Positions 11,041-21,349 of a stretch of DNA of 64,000 bases are shown here, piece by piece. This stretch comes from Dicyema japonicum (Eukaryota > Animalia > Dicyemida), in assembly GCA_011109175.1 (NCBI GenBank), contig RDEW01000007.1, positions 619,712 through 683,711 on the forward strand. The letters are read 5' to 3'. The notes beneath the pieces were generated by a model. The model saw only the letters and a list, made by a program, of their open reading frames with translations. It was not told the DNA's origin and did no database searches. The position numbers and the translations under genes were made by a program. Numbering within the stretch: the stretch's first letter is position 1; each line of letters opens with the position of its first letter.

Positions 11041-11520
11041 TCAGAATGCCAATTTCTTGATAAGCATATAAACTTTCAGGTCATTGTGGAAGTAATGAAG
11101 GCTGTTATCGTCAGCAGATATTCTCATTAAGAGTCCTCCGAAAGAGATGTAGACAGAACTGCATAAAACAGATTTATACAGTTTGGGGGAAGCGGATTTC
11201 TCTTGCATTTCAATGCGGTACACTCTCCCATACATCACGTATTCGTAGGCATCAGCACGTGAGTTAGCAGGCAACGAACTGTAATCAGCTTTATGTGGAA
11301 GTCCATCCTCTCTGAGGGTGGATGCAAGCAGGAGTCGAAATTTGTTGCCGAGTTCTAGGGGGTACAGCTGAGAGTTGATGTCCACAAGTAAGTCTGACTT
11401 GAAGGACTCACTCTCACACCTATACCGAGTTACTGAGATTATAAAATAGTAATTACCGTTGTCAAACTTCTTTGGGTGTACTTCTGTAATGTCGAAAATA
11501 TCTTCGTACAACGACCCCAT
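11041..11520 (-). CDS. POLR2H: RNA polymerase I/II/III common subunit RPABC3 (RPB8), 144 aa after splicing
   Basis: [53 protein letters not shown] and [12 protein letters not shown] match RPB8. Two in-frame GT-AG introns (11433-11456, 24 nt; 11159-11179, 21 nt) fall exactly where the raw ORF has insertions. Confidence 0.97.
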   Translation of the reverse strand: [159 protein letters not shown]

Positions 11521-11602
11521 CAGAACGAGTTTTGTTATTTAAATATCCTATTACTTATTTAATAAAAAATAATATTTTTATATATAATTATTAAATCTCT
11601 CT

Positions 11603-14185
11603 GGTTGAGCTGGTGACGTGGCTCTTGAACTCAATGTCTGGAAAACACAGCATCAAGCCATTGGACTTCTCACGTTTAACGTCAGGGGACTCTCTAGCGT
11701 TTGGAAACGGAAGGAACTGGTCGAGGATCTTTCAGAGTACAAGATTTCAATCGCCTGCCTTCAAGAGACTAAACTAATCAACGGGAAGAACAATATGGGA
11801 ACTTTTTACTAATTTTTCTTCCAGGTGGAAACAAGCACTATGGGCTAGGATTTGCCGTTAGGAATGATCTATCCAAGAGAGTCTGCCGCTATTACAGCGT
11901 GAATAGTAGAATCGGGGTGTTGCAATTGAAACTGGATGACCTCATCCCGTCAAAGAAATATCTAACTATAATAAACGTTTACGCTTCTCACAGTGGATGG
12001 CTTAATAAAAACCCTGAGGAGATTGATGACTTTTACACCAGTCTTTCAGTCGTCTTCTCCAAGTATGCTCTCTCAACATTAGTAATGATCGTAGGAGACC
12101 TAAATGCGAAAGCTGGCACCCAAGTTACAACCGATGAGACATTCATGGGAAGACACGGTAGGGGGAAAAGAAATCTCCCGGGAACCCTACTAGCTAATTT
12201 CTGTCAAACAAACTATACTTCAGCATAACAGAAATAGAGCACTGGACCAGATAAAGAATATAGAATCTCTCAAGGACAACGCTAAATTCTACGAGGCTGT
12301 TAAACAGATAAAAGGAAAAAGACCCCATCAACCGATAATGATAAGAGATGACAAAGGAACGCAGATTTCGGACCAAAGGGAATTGGCGGAAATTATCGCT
12401 GCCCACTTTGGAAAATTTTTCAATCTAAGGAACGACACTATCATCCTAGAACGAGGAAAATTGGACGAAGAAATCACACCATATGAAGTTGAACTTGCGA
12501 GTTCCAAGTTGAAAAACAACAGGATTCCTGGTTCCGACGGATTTTTTGGTGAATTCTTCAAATATGGAACCCAAAAGCTGTATGAATACATCGCTAGGAT
12601 CATGAATGAAATGTACTATTATGGTCACACGCTGACCCTGGGAGAGGATATCATGATACCTGTACAGAAGGCGAATAAACCAAGAGCTAAGGTGTAGAAC
12701 CTCCGTCCAGTCATATTAATGAATTCACTTAGGAAAATTCTAGCAAACATAACATTTCAAAGGATGGAAGGACCCTAGATACTTTTCTGTCGCTATACCA
12801 CAGCGGATTCTGAAAAGGAAGATCTACTTCCGATGTTTTGTGGTCCCACAAGTGGAGATCTGCGGCCGTTCAAAAGTTCAAAATGTTTACAAACATCCTC
12901 GGAATCGACATTTCGATGGCCTTCGACTCTGGAGGCTAATACTGGTTTTGGGGAGTTTCCTAGACGCTTCCACTGTCAGAATGACCACCACCCTCCTAGC
13001 TGATACTTGGCTCGCTGTTAGAGTCCGGGGAGCCTTGTCTCGTCGATTTGAGACGACTGTTAGCACTCTACAGGGAGACCCCTAATCACCTATTCTTTTT
13101 GTCATATACCTTGAAGCTGTTCTGCAGGAATCAAAACCGATAATGGGTGAAAAGACAAACATTATTGCGTATGCTTACGTCGTAGACTTTATTTCAAATG
13201 ACAAAACATCGCTCAACCCCTTGTTGGAAGAAGTGCCTGGAAGACTAGCCGAATGGTTCCTAACAGTAAATCCGGACAAGACTGAGGTAACTGAACTCAA
13301 GAGGGAAGAAACAAGGACGGAGGAGCACTGGCGCAGTGCAAAAAGCTTAGCTCCCTCCTAGGAGACCATGAAGACATTACANTGCTGACGACGTAGACTT
13401 TCAAACGACAAAATACCGCTCACCCGATTTATGTAAGAAGTGCATGGAAAACTAGCCGAATGGATCATAGCAGTAAATCCTGACAAGACTAAGGTAAATG
13501 AACTCAAGAGGGAAGAAACAAGGACGGAGGAGCTGGCGCAAGTGCAAAAAGCTTGGCTCCTTCCTAGGAAACCATGACGAAATTACAAGGAAAACCCTAG
13601 CACAAACTGCCCTCTCCAGATTAAAGAACATCTGGCTCCACAAAAAGGGCTTTGACATTATAACAAAAACTCGATTATACAACTCGCTAGTGAAACCCAT
13701 GCTACTGTATAACGCTGGTACCTGGGCCTCCTCAAGAAATGAACTGAAGAGGCTTAATGCGTTTCGTAGAGACCAACTACGGCATATGATGTTCGAAAGA
13801 AGTGATACGAGGATTTCATTCAATCTTCTTTATAAAAAGATGAAGACCTCAGAAATTTCTAATGAGATTCTGGATATACGATGGAGGCTTTTCTGCTACA
13901 TTCTGCAACTGGACCTAGATGCCCCCGCGAACGTAGCTATGGAGGATTACTTCATGTTGGAGGCCCCCGTTTCCGTGGTCGCCCAAGGACGACACTGGCA
14001 GTCGTTCTCGACGAGGACCACAAAGAAATGGGACGACATCTTGGAAGTGGAGAGGATCTTGACTGGTTGCGCACTGCGGCTTTGAATAGGAGGAAGTGGA
14101 AGAAACTAACCAGTGATTTGCTAACTCGTGTTGCACATGATTTGTCAAGTCCTATGACATAGCTATAAGTGCTAATAATAATAAT
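11603..14185 (+). mobile_element. Near full-length RTE-clade non-LTR retrotransposon, frameshifted
   Basis: APE (LTFNVRGL, ACLQET, IVGDLNAKAG), RT (PGSDG, LQGDPLSP), RLYNSLVKPMLLYNAGTW and RFRGRPRTTL..LNRRKWKKL. The N at 13382 joins two overlapping divergent segments. Confidence 0.92.
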
Positions 14186-14904
14186 AGCATTTATAAGTCA
14201 TAAAATATTAAAAATTAAAAGTTAGGAGCTTGAATGGCCGTACTGTTTTCTCTGACGATAGCTACCGACTAACGATAAAGTCTCACGTGGATCCTTGGTG
14301 ATCGATTGGATCATTGAGTCGATTCGAAAAACCTCAATACTTTAAAGTTAAATTTCAACTCATTTTAAAAATAAACGAAAAAATCTGAATAATTAAATTA
14401 AAATGTTTTATCGTATTCTCAGTCTACTCTCCCCCGTTTACAACCTTCAATGCCAGAGTACAATCTTCGAACACTAAACAGGAAACCTTCCGCGATCCAG
14501 GAAACTGTAAAAAAGTCATTGGTCGCAACATTATTCCGCCAACTGGAAGCAGTTTTGATTGGACGACAACAGAAGTTGGCGATGACACTTATTCTACCTA
14601 GCAGCCCCTCTATGAAGCCATGAACAAATACTTTAATTAGTGTTTTTTAACATCTCTCTTGATGATCTTGGGATTCTCAAATAAATAAATAATAAAGTTG
14701 ACTTAAAAATTTTGTATTGTGAGTACCGGACAACATTTATAAACTTTCTGGTTAAATGTCCATGCATCTATAATTTTTCCTGGTTTGACTAGAGACGCCG
14801 TTATCACTGATACCTGACTATTGAACCGGATCGTCTTCAGGGACTCGCACGCAGTCGAACAGAAAAAAGTTAAGAATCTTGGCCCCTTCCCTACGATTAA
14901 TTAT

Positions 14905-15655
14905 CATAACTAGGGCGATTTTTTGACTATAAATACAAAATTTTGACCTTTTTTGACTTAATGAAAAATTTATAGAAAAAAATTTTTAGTATGAAAAAAA
15001 CTGATCTAAACGTTATTAAAATTTAGAATAATGTAAATAAAAACGTTTTCATGTTAAAAATATCGGTCTTTAGATAATAATTTTGTCAATAATAAAAATC
15101 TTTTACTGAATAGAATGTGGATAAGAATTTTTTTGCAATTATCCGTATACGGAGAAATATGTTTTTCCATTTTTAATAAAAAAAAAAACTTATTAACAGA
15201 AAATCTAGATTTTTAATTCTCCATAAATTGTTTGCTGAAATACAATTTTTGATTATGGTACGGTGAAGTAAGTCTTCTACGGTGAAGTAAGTTTTCCCTG
15301 TCATCTTTATCAATTTATAAACCAATATTGACATAATATGGCTAATAAATTGCTCCGTAGTTCAAAATTTTACAAAGTTTCCATACTTGGCTTCAATAAA
15401 CCGAAACTTCAGGATATTTTCTAATAACAGTCTTTACATTTTCAATGACCATCCTGATTTGAATGCGACATAAAAGTTAATGACACGTTAGCATTTATTA
15501 TTCAAAACTCTAAAAATTTAATAAATAAAAATAAAAATCAATAAAAATTTTGATTTTATTGACCTAAAAATTTTAAATTTTTTTGACTTTTTTGACATTA
15601 CGATTTTAAAGAACATATGAACTTTTGACTTTATTCATAAAAATCAGCCATAACC
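14905..15655 (-). mobile_element. Most complete copy of the AT-rich TAGGG/GTCAAA element family
   Basis: Begins TAGGGCGATTTTTTGAC at 14911; its reverse complement aligns to both the 6540-6904 and 3960-4130 arms. Confidence 0.65.
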
Positions 15656-15904
15656 GTAATTTCTTTCCTAAAATACTGTAATTTCCTGCCTAAGAGTTCA
15701 AGTAGTGGAAACATTACTCCTCTTTTACGAAATGGTTGTTATTAATAATTTTCTAAACTCAATTTTCAAGTTTTTTAGCTAGTAAAATTGCTTTTTAAGA
15801 TTTTACCTGAAATTAATTATTTTAGATCATATTTTCATCTCCAACCTTGGATTTTGTGGGAATTAAAGCATAAACAACATAAACGTGACAAATTAAAGAA
15901 CTAA

Positions 15905-18389
15905 TCAATTTAAATATTTTTCAATTTCCCCTTTTGCGGTTTGCTGTTCTTCTAAAAGTAGTCGTTCGGCCAGTTTGAAAAAATCGTGTTTGATCGCCAA
16001 GTCATAAGCGGTGTCTCCGTTTGTGTTTTCTATTTTTGGGTCACCCCGTTTCTTAGAATTATAACAAGTCATCCTTACGCCAACAACTTTTCCAACATGT
16101 CGATTTTGTCATCTCCCCCGTAGATCACATAATGCAAGGCAGTATTCCCTATTCTATTAAAATCACAATTTTTATGCACGGCGGCCATTTTTTGTTTACT
16201 TTTGCTCCAGCGTCTATGAGGAGTTTAATAAAGTCGGGCTTTTGCTTCCGAATACATAAAAATAGAACAGGGACCCCTTCTTGCCTCTTACAGGAGGAAC
16301 TAGCACCCTCATCAAGAAATCTCGAAATTTGCGAAGGATCTTTCCCAGGACGACTTATTTCTCTCAAAAGCTGAGAATTTAGCGAAAGGATGGGTTTCTA
16401 TGATTAATACTTTAACGACCTTCGACGTCTTCTTGATCGATTCCTTCTTTGGTAGAAAAAGTCGAAGGACCTTTGGGGTATCTTCAAAGATCGTAGTTTG
16501 GTAACTTATCGTTGATTCAACTGTAAATTCAGTAAATTAGCTCACAGTCATCATCAGTAAGAAGAGAATCAAAGTCAACATTGGAAAGGTATCTGTTGTT
16601 ATAAACTCCACATTTTGTTGCGAATTTTATCGTCAATATCAACTCATCGTTAACTCCCTCCCCCACTTTTGCTTCGAGTAGCTAAAATTATATGTAAATT
16701 AACCTTTCCCATTTGAGCATAGGAAATTTCTTCTTCGAATCGCCTTCTCCTGTTGCAGAAATGTCTAAAAGACCGAATATATGGTCTAACTGCTGTCTCC
16801 AAAAATCTTGGAATGAGAAAATCCATACCCTTTCCGGGACTGAAGGGAGAAAAAATCGGTCTTTTGGATGTAACACAGCTGGGAGGTCCCCTCGATTTAG
16901 TTTCTGCCTGTTCGAGTTCCTTTTGTGAAGGGTAGTACAACCCGACTGTTTGAGTCCCAACACTGGCCTTAGGGATTTCGACCATGATTTCTTCCAAAGA
17001 GGATTCAAGCTGTAACATTTCATAAATCGAATACTTTAACTTGGGGTTCCAATCGTTTCCTATAACCACGTGACCGAAAAGATTACCAGGGGATAGACAT
17101 CTGGGAGGACATAACATGTACTTGCAAATAGCACAGAAAGAGGCGGTTCCTATGTTGGCACATCCACAATGAGTGCAGCACAGGCTTTCGTTGCACATGG
17201 GGAGCTAAATTGGAAACAAGATTATACAATATTCCCACACCAGTCGCAGAAACGAGAGTCCCCCATGCAGGTTCGTGTGCATTTGCCACAGATTTTGATT
17301 TTGTCAAAGAGTTTGGAAGACTTCAAAGCATCCGTGCTTGAGGCCTGAACCTGGTAAGCCTAGAGGTTGTAGAATAGCACGAACACCCACAAATCCCTTA
17401 TTGAGGTCGTAATTACATTCCATGCAGACATTTTCCTCTTCCGGGTTGTTTTGTCCACAGTTTAGACAAATTTTTCCATTCCAAGATTCAAGTGGGGGAG
17501 GTTTGCTAAAATTTCTGACCAATGGTTTATCACAAATGAGGCAACAACTCAGATTCTGAAGGACAAACGACTTGCAGCTCAAACAATGGGCCATCTACAT
17601 TACATTTCCTTTAAAACCTTAGTAAAGTCTGGTTGCCGTGAGACCTGGACGAAGGTTTTGACTCTTGCATCACAATTTAGGCAGAACGCGGCCCCGTCGT
17701 TGAATTTTCTTGGGTACATGCATTCAGAGCATCTAAATGACTCAAGTCTCTACTTTATCTGGTTTGTGATTTCTTTTCCGTCGACATAATTCGTGTCGAT
17801 ATATTCGTCGGTGATTGTATCACCATTCTCCCCAATTTGGGTAAACTGATCTCTTTGGACGTCATCGGAATTAGGTTTCTTTTTTCCGTGTTTCAAGTCT
17901 AAAGTCACGTGGGATTTTACCATAGATTCTATCCTTATTTTTCTTAATTTCCTCGAAAGCGTTCCGTCCCTTTAGAGCACTCATAATTAGTCGGTCCGCT
18001 TCGTAGGTCTCCGATTCTTTCGATTTCAAGGGAATCCTTTTCTTATTTTCTTTATTGGGACTCCGTTCTACATTGAACGTCTTTGTGGTCACTCCACTGA
18101 ACCGATCTCTGCAAAATGTGGAGACTTTACTAACCCTTCGACTGCGATAGCTTTAACCGTGGTTTTCCCAGGTTTTAGTGAGAAAGGTTTGGTGAAAAAC
18201 AACGAGTCTCCTCTTTTGTAGGGATTAGGGACCTGCCCGTTGACTGTGTAATAAAACGAGGAATTTTTATTGTCTAAATTAACAACTGTGAGTACTGTTG
18301 AATATTTCTATTTTTGTCTCCTCGGTGATGACAAATTTTGAGTCTGTGGGCAGTCTGAGAGGTACAATTGAGGGAGACGACAATGCCAT
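15905..18389 (-). CDS. DZANK1: Double zinc ribbon and ankyrin repeat-containing protein 1
   Basis: With 12 introns of 21-31 nt: N-terminal SIVPLRLP and FYYTVNGQVP..GKTTVKAIAV (Fn3-like/CHB_HEX_C), four CxxC zinc-ribbon pairs (CSEC..FCLNC, CLSC..CLIC, CGKC..FCDWCG, CTHCG..FCAIC) and two C-terminal ankyrin repeats (IGNTALHY, NTNGDTAYDLA). One missing G in the run at 16044-16047 is needed to keep frame. Confidence 0.9.
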
Positions 18390-18559
18390 TGTGAAGATCT
18401 CCTGGCAACAAAATTATTAGTTAATTGGTGTTATTGACTGTTGCTTAGAAATTTATTTGGCCTGTTTTCAAAACTTATAAAATTTATAAAATTTATTTGT
18501 GTGTGGTCGAGCCTCAGCTAGAGCTTTCTGGGACCACGTGGTTATTTAGTTTGTGTAAT

Positions 18560-19170
18560 CGTGGTCTCTGGTGTTATTATTATATGATTATTGCTGGTGC
18601 GGTGGTACCGTCGACTGTTATGGACATCATGCCCTTCTTGTCGAAGAAGTGCAGGACGATTCCCAAGACATAAGGCGATCAAAGGAATTTTTAAGCGATC
18701 CCTGGAGTCTGCTAGATACCACTCCATACATGAACCTGTTGGCCTGGATAGAGGAGACGGAAAACGGCTAGAAAGAATTACAATCTTTCCATTCTAGGAG
18801 GGGAAGCTTTTGGTATGAGATGCCACGTGCATAGACTCCCTTTGTCCACCCAACATTGTCGAGAGCGCGATAGACAACTGTATGCCGTGGAAAAAGCAAT
18901 GAAAGCAAAGGAGAAAAAATATGAAGCGCTGCACGATCGGTTCGCGTTTGCCCCATCGTAATTGAGACAACAGGAGAAATAGCGGGAAATCGCTTCGTTT
19001 CTTAAACAAATTGGAACGCCTAACTACACTAAAAAGTCACGACGCACATGAGACTCGGGCTTCTTCAGTTGATCTCTGTTGCGATCGTGAGAGGCAACGC
19101 AACGCCTGGGATCACGTGATTAGAGATAATTTTTGATTGATTTTTATTTTTGTGATAAATAAAAAAACAA
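18560..19170 (+). mobile_element. CRE-clade non-LTR retrotransposon 3' fragment (Zn knuckle + restriction-like endonuclease)
   Basis: CPSCRRSAGRFPRH, EPVGLDRGDGKR, LVWDATCID, APIVIET and ISVAIVRGNA; homologous to 31100-31690. Confidence 0.85.
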
Positions 19171-19296
19171 GAGTATTAAAATAAAGTCCCAGAAAGTTTG
19201 AATTAATATTTATGTGCTCTCTAAAGAGGAAGAACACTTGCTTCCTAAATAGGAAGTTCCTCAAATGAAAAACAAAAACTACGTAAAATAAGTCAA

Positions 19297-20478
19297 ATGG
19301 ATTTGGTAGCTGCTTTGAAGAATCGTGTTAAATCTTACAAAAACGACGATTTTTACGGAAAGTTTAACCACTATTATGGGGTCACACTGCTGGTCTTAAT
19401 ATCCGTGATCATCTCCACAAAAAACTTAGTGGGGGACCCAATCCACTGCTGGTGCCCAACACACTTTACGAGTAATCAAATTTTATTCATTTTAGGCGAT
19501 ATGGTGAGATATGCAGAACAGTCTTGTTTTACCGGGGGAAGGTTCTACTTCAACTCGCCTGTAAAGGAGGACAAATTGGAATTCGTTATATCGGGGGAGT
19601 TTTTCCACTGGATGATTGTGATTACAATGCTTCTTGCCTTAATGTATCGACTGCCGTATATTCTTTGGTGTCGCACGTGTTCAGTTAGCGACATTAACGT
19701 TAACCAGATTATTGAACTGTCAATCAAATGTGGAAATGTTGACTCTGAAGAGAATAAATCGAAGGAATTCAGCACTTTATTGGAGTATTTCGACAAATAT
19801 AGAAACTCGAGAATGCAGATGGATTGCGAGGGACTTCCAAAAAATAAAATTTTAAAATTTATTCATTTCCACACAAAAAAATTGCAGTCCATTTCATCAA
19901 TGTATATTTTGGTCAAATTCATGTACTTGGTGATCACGTGGTCTCAGATTGCCATTATAGAATATTCTGTTATATGGAAGACAAGGAGGAGTTTCAGCGA
20001 AATTATGTTTTGGGATTTCATTAAAGTCTTCAAGAGCGTAGAAACAACGTTGTTTCCGCGATCTGTTCTGTGTAAATTTGACTCCAAGGAATTGGGTCAC
20101 ATTGAGACTCCCCGAACGCACACAGTTGAGTGCATTCTCCCCATAAATCAATATGCACATATTCTCTTTGCTGTGTATTGGCTTTATCTCCTCTTTGGGG
20201 GTATAATCAACTTTATTGGGATTCTGAAGTGGATTTGGTACCTCTGGTTCAGATTTGTCCACCAGGGGTACATGATTTCACTTCTGGGAGGGAAAGAACT
20301 CAATTCTCATAAGAAATTTTTTATTAACTCATATTTGTGTTATGACGGCATTTTTGTAATTCGATTGGTGGCGGACAACACAAGTGATCTTGTTGTGAAG
20401 AAACTGGTCTCCAAATTGTTCCATAAATATACGATGACCCATTCGGAGTTCCCCAAGCCTTATGACTTTGATATTTGA
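19297..20478 (+). CDS. Innexin (invertebrate gap-junction protein), ~385 aa after removing one probable 24-nt in-frame intron
   Basis: DDFYGKFNHYYGV, GDPIHCWCP, YAEQSCF, FFHW (canonical YYQW), FPRSVLCKF, TVECILPIN and YCYDGIFVIRLV-like DG motif; four hydrophobic segments. GTAATCAAATTTTATTCATTTTAG at 19472-19495 restores normal spacing in extracellular loop 1. Confidence 0.95.
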   Translation: MDLVAALKNRVKSYKNDDFYGKFNHYYGVTLLVLISVIISTKNLVGDPIHCWCPTHFTSNQILFILGDMVRYAEQSCFTGGRFYFNSPVKEDKLEFVISGEFFHWMIVITMLLALMYRLPYILWCRTCSVSDINVNQIIELSIKCGNVDSEENKSKEFSTLLEYFDKYRNSRMQMDCEGLPKNKILKFIHFHTKKLQSISSMYILVKFMYLVITWSQIAIIEYSVIWKTRRSFSEIMFWDFIKVFKSVETTLFPRSVLCKFDSKELGHIETPRTHTVECILPINQYAHILFAVYWLYLLFGGIINFIGILKWIWYLWFRFVHQGYMISLLGGKELNSHKKFFINSYLCYDGIFVIRLVADNTSDLVVKKLVSKLFHKYTMTHSEFPKPYDFDI

Positions 20479-20699
20479 GTTTTCTTGATTTAACAATGTC
20501 TTTTTCAATTAGGTGGACTTCATCATTAATCAGAGACTTAAACATATTAGGCGGATAGTATCGACACTCAATAAAATTGAATTTAAGACTGATCCCTTCA
20601 ATATCAGGGATTATTTGACGAATTGAAGAAAATGATATTATAGGGATCATCGTCCGTACGCTCGGAATTCTGACTCCCAAATCAATTAAGAAATTCCAT

Positions 20700-21345
20700 T
20701 GTTCGATGGTCTTATGGCATCTGAAGTCTTCACAGCGAGAAGAATAAACTGCATTGCATCGGGTAAGTCAGCATATTTTTTCGAACTTTGGCTTTTATAG
20801 CGGTCGAGCGGGCTCTATAGGCACTCTGAAGTAGGCTGATAGGAGCGAAGGTCGGTGTAGGAGGCGTCCCAGACAAGAGGTTTCCCGGCTTTAAAGGGGA
20901 GGATGGTCATCCCATCAGGTCTTCTTCCGTCATGTCTGCAAAGGCCGAATTATTCGAGCATAGAAGGGAGTCAGGCATCCAAAGTTCGTTTAACGACTTT
21001 GTTCACGACCACGTGTCTCTTCCTGCAGGAGAGTGGATGCGAGATAAAGCAGTCAATCTAGTTCTCGCATCGGCATGGATGACACACAGACATTCAAACG
21101 AGTCATGGTGAGATGACTTTCGGCAGGTTTTTATGGCTCTAGGCTTCACGTGCGCGACCGAAATCCTGGTCAGTAGAGAATTCGAGGAGGGAGTGTGGAA
21201 TCCTTTTAACAAGGGTATCAAAGTCAATCATTGACAAGAGATATACAGGGGGATAAATGTCTATAAAGATAGGAATTCCAAACCCGCCAAACCAATGGCG
21301 TCAATGATTTGTAGGAGCATAGGCACGCAGTCCCGGAATCTCCAA
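20700..21345 (-). mobile_element. CRE-clade retrotransposon fragment
   Basis: The reverse complement aligns to 30750-31450 (GATTC..CACTCCCT..CGAATTCTC..TGACCA.GAT; DGRRPDG; WDA). Confidence 0.7.
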
Positions 21346-21349
21346 AATG

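Noticed and set aside
13165-13590. Internal ~210-bp tandem duplication in the RTE RT domain
   Set aside because: The two copies are clearly diverged and meet exactly at an N (13382), so this is most likely a scaffold join between two different RTE copies.
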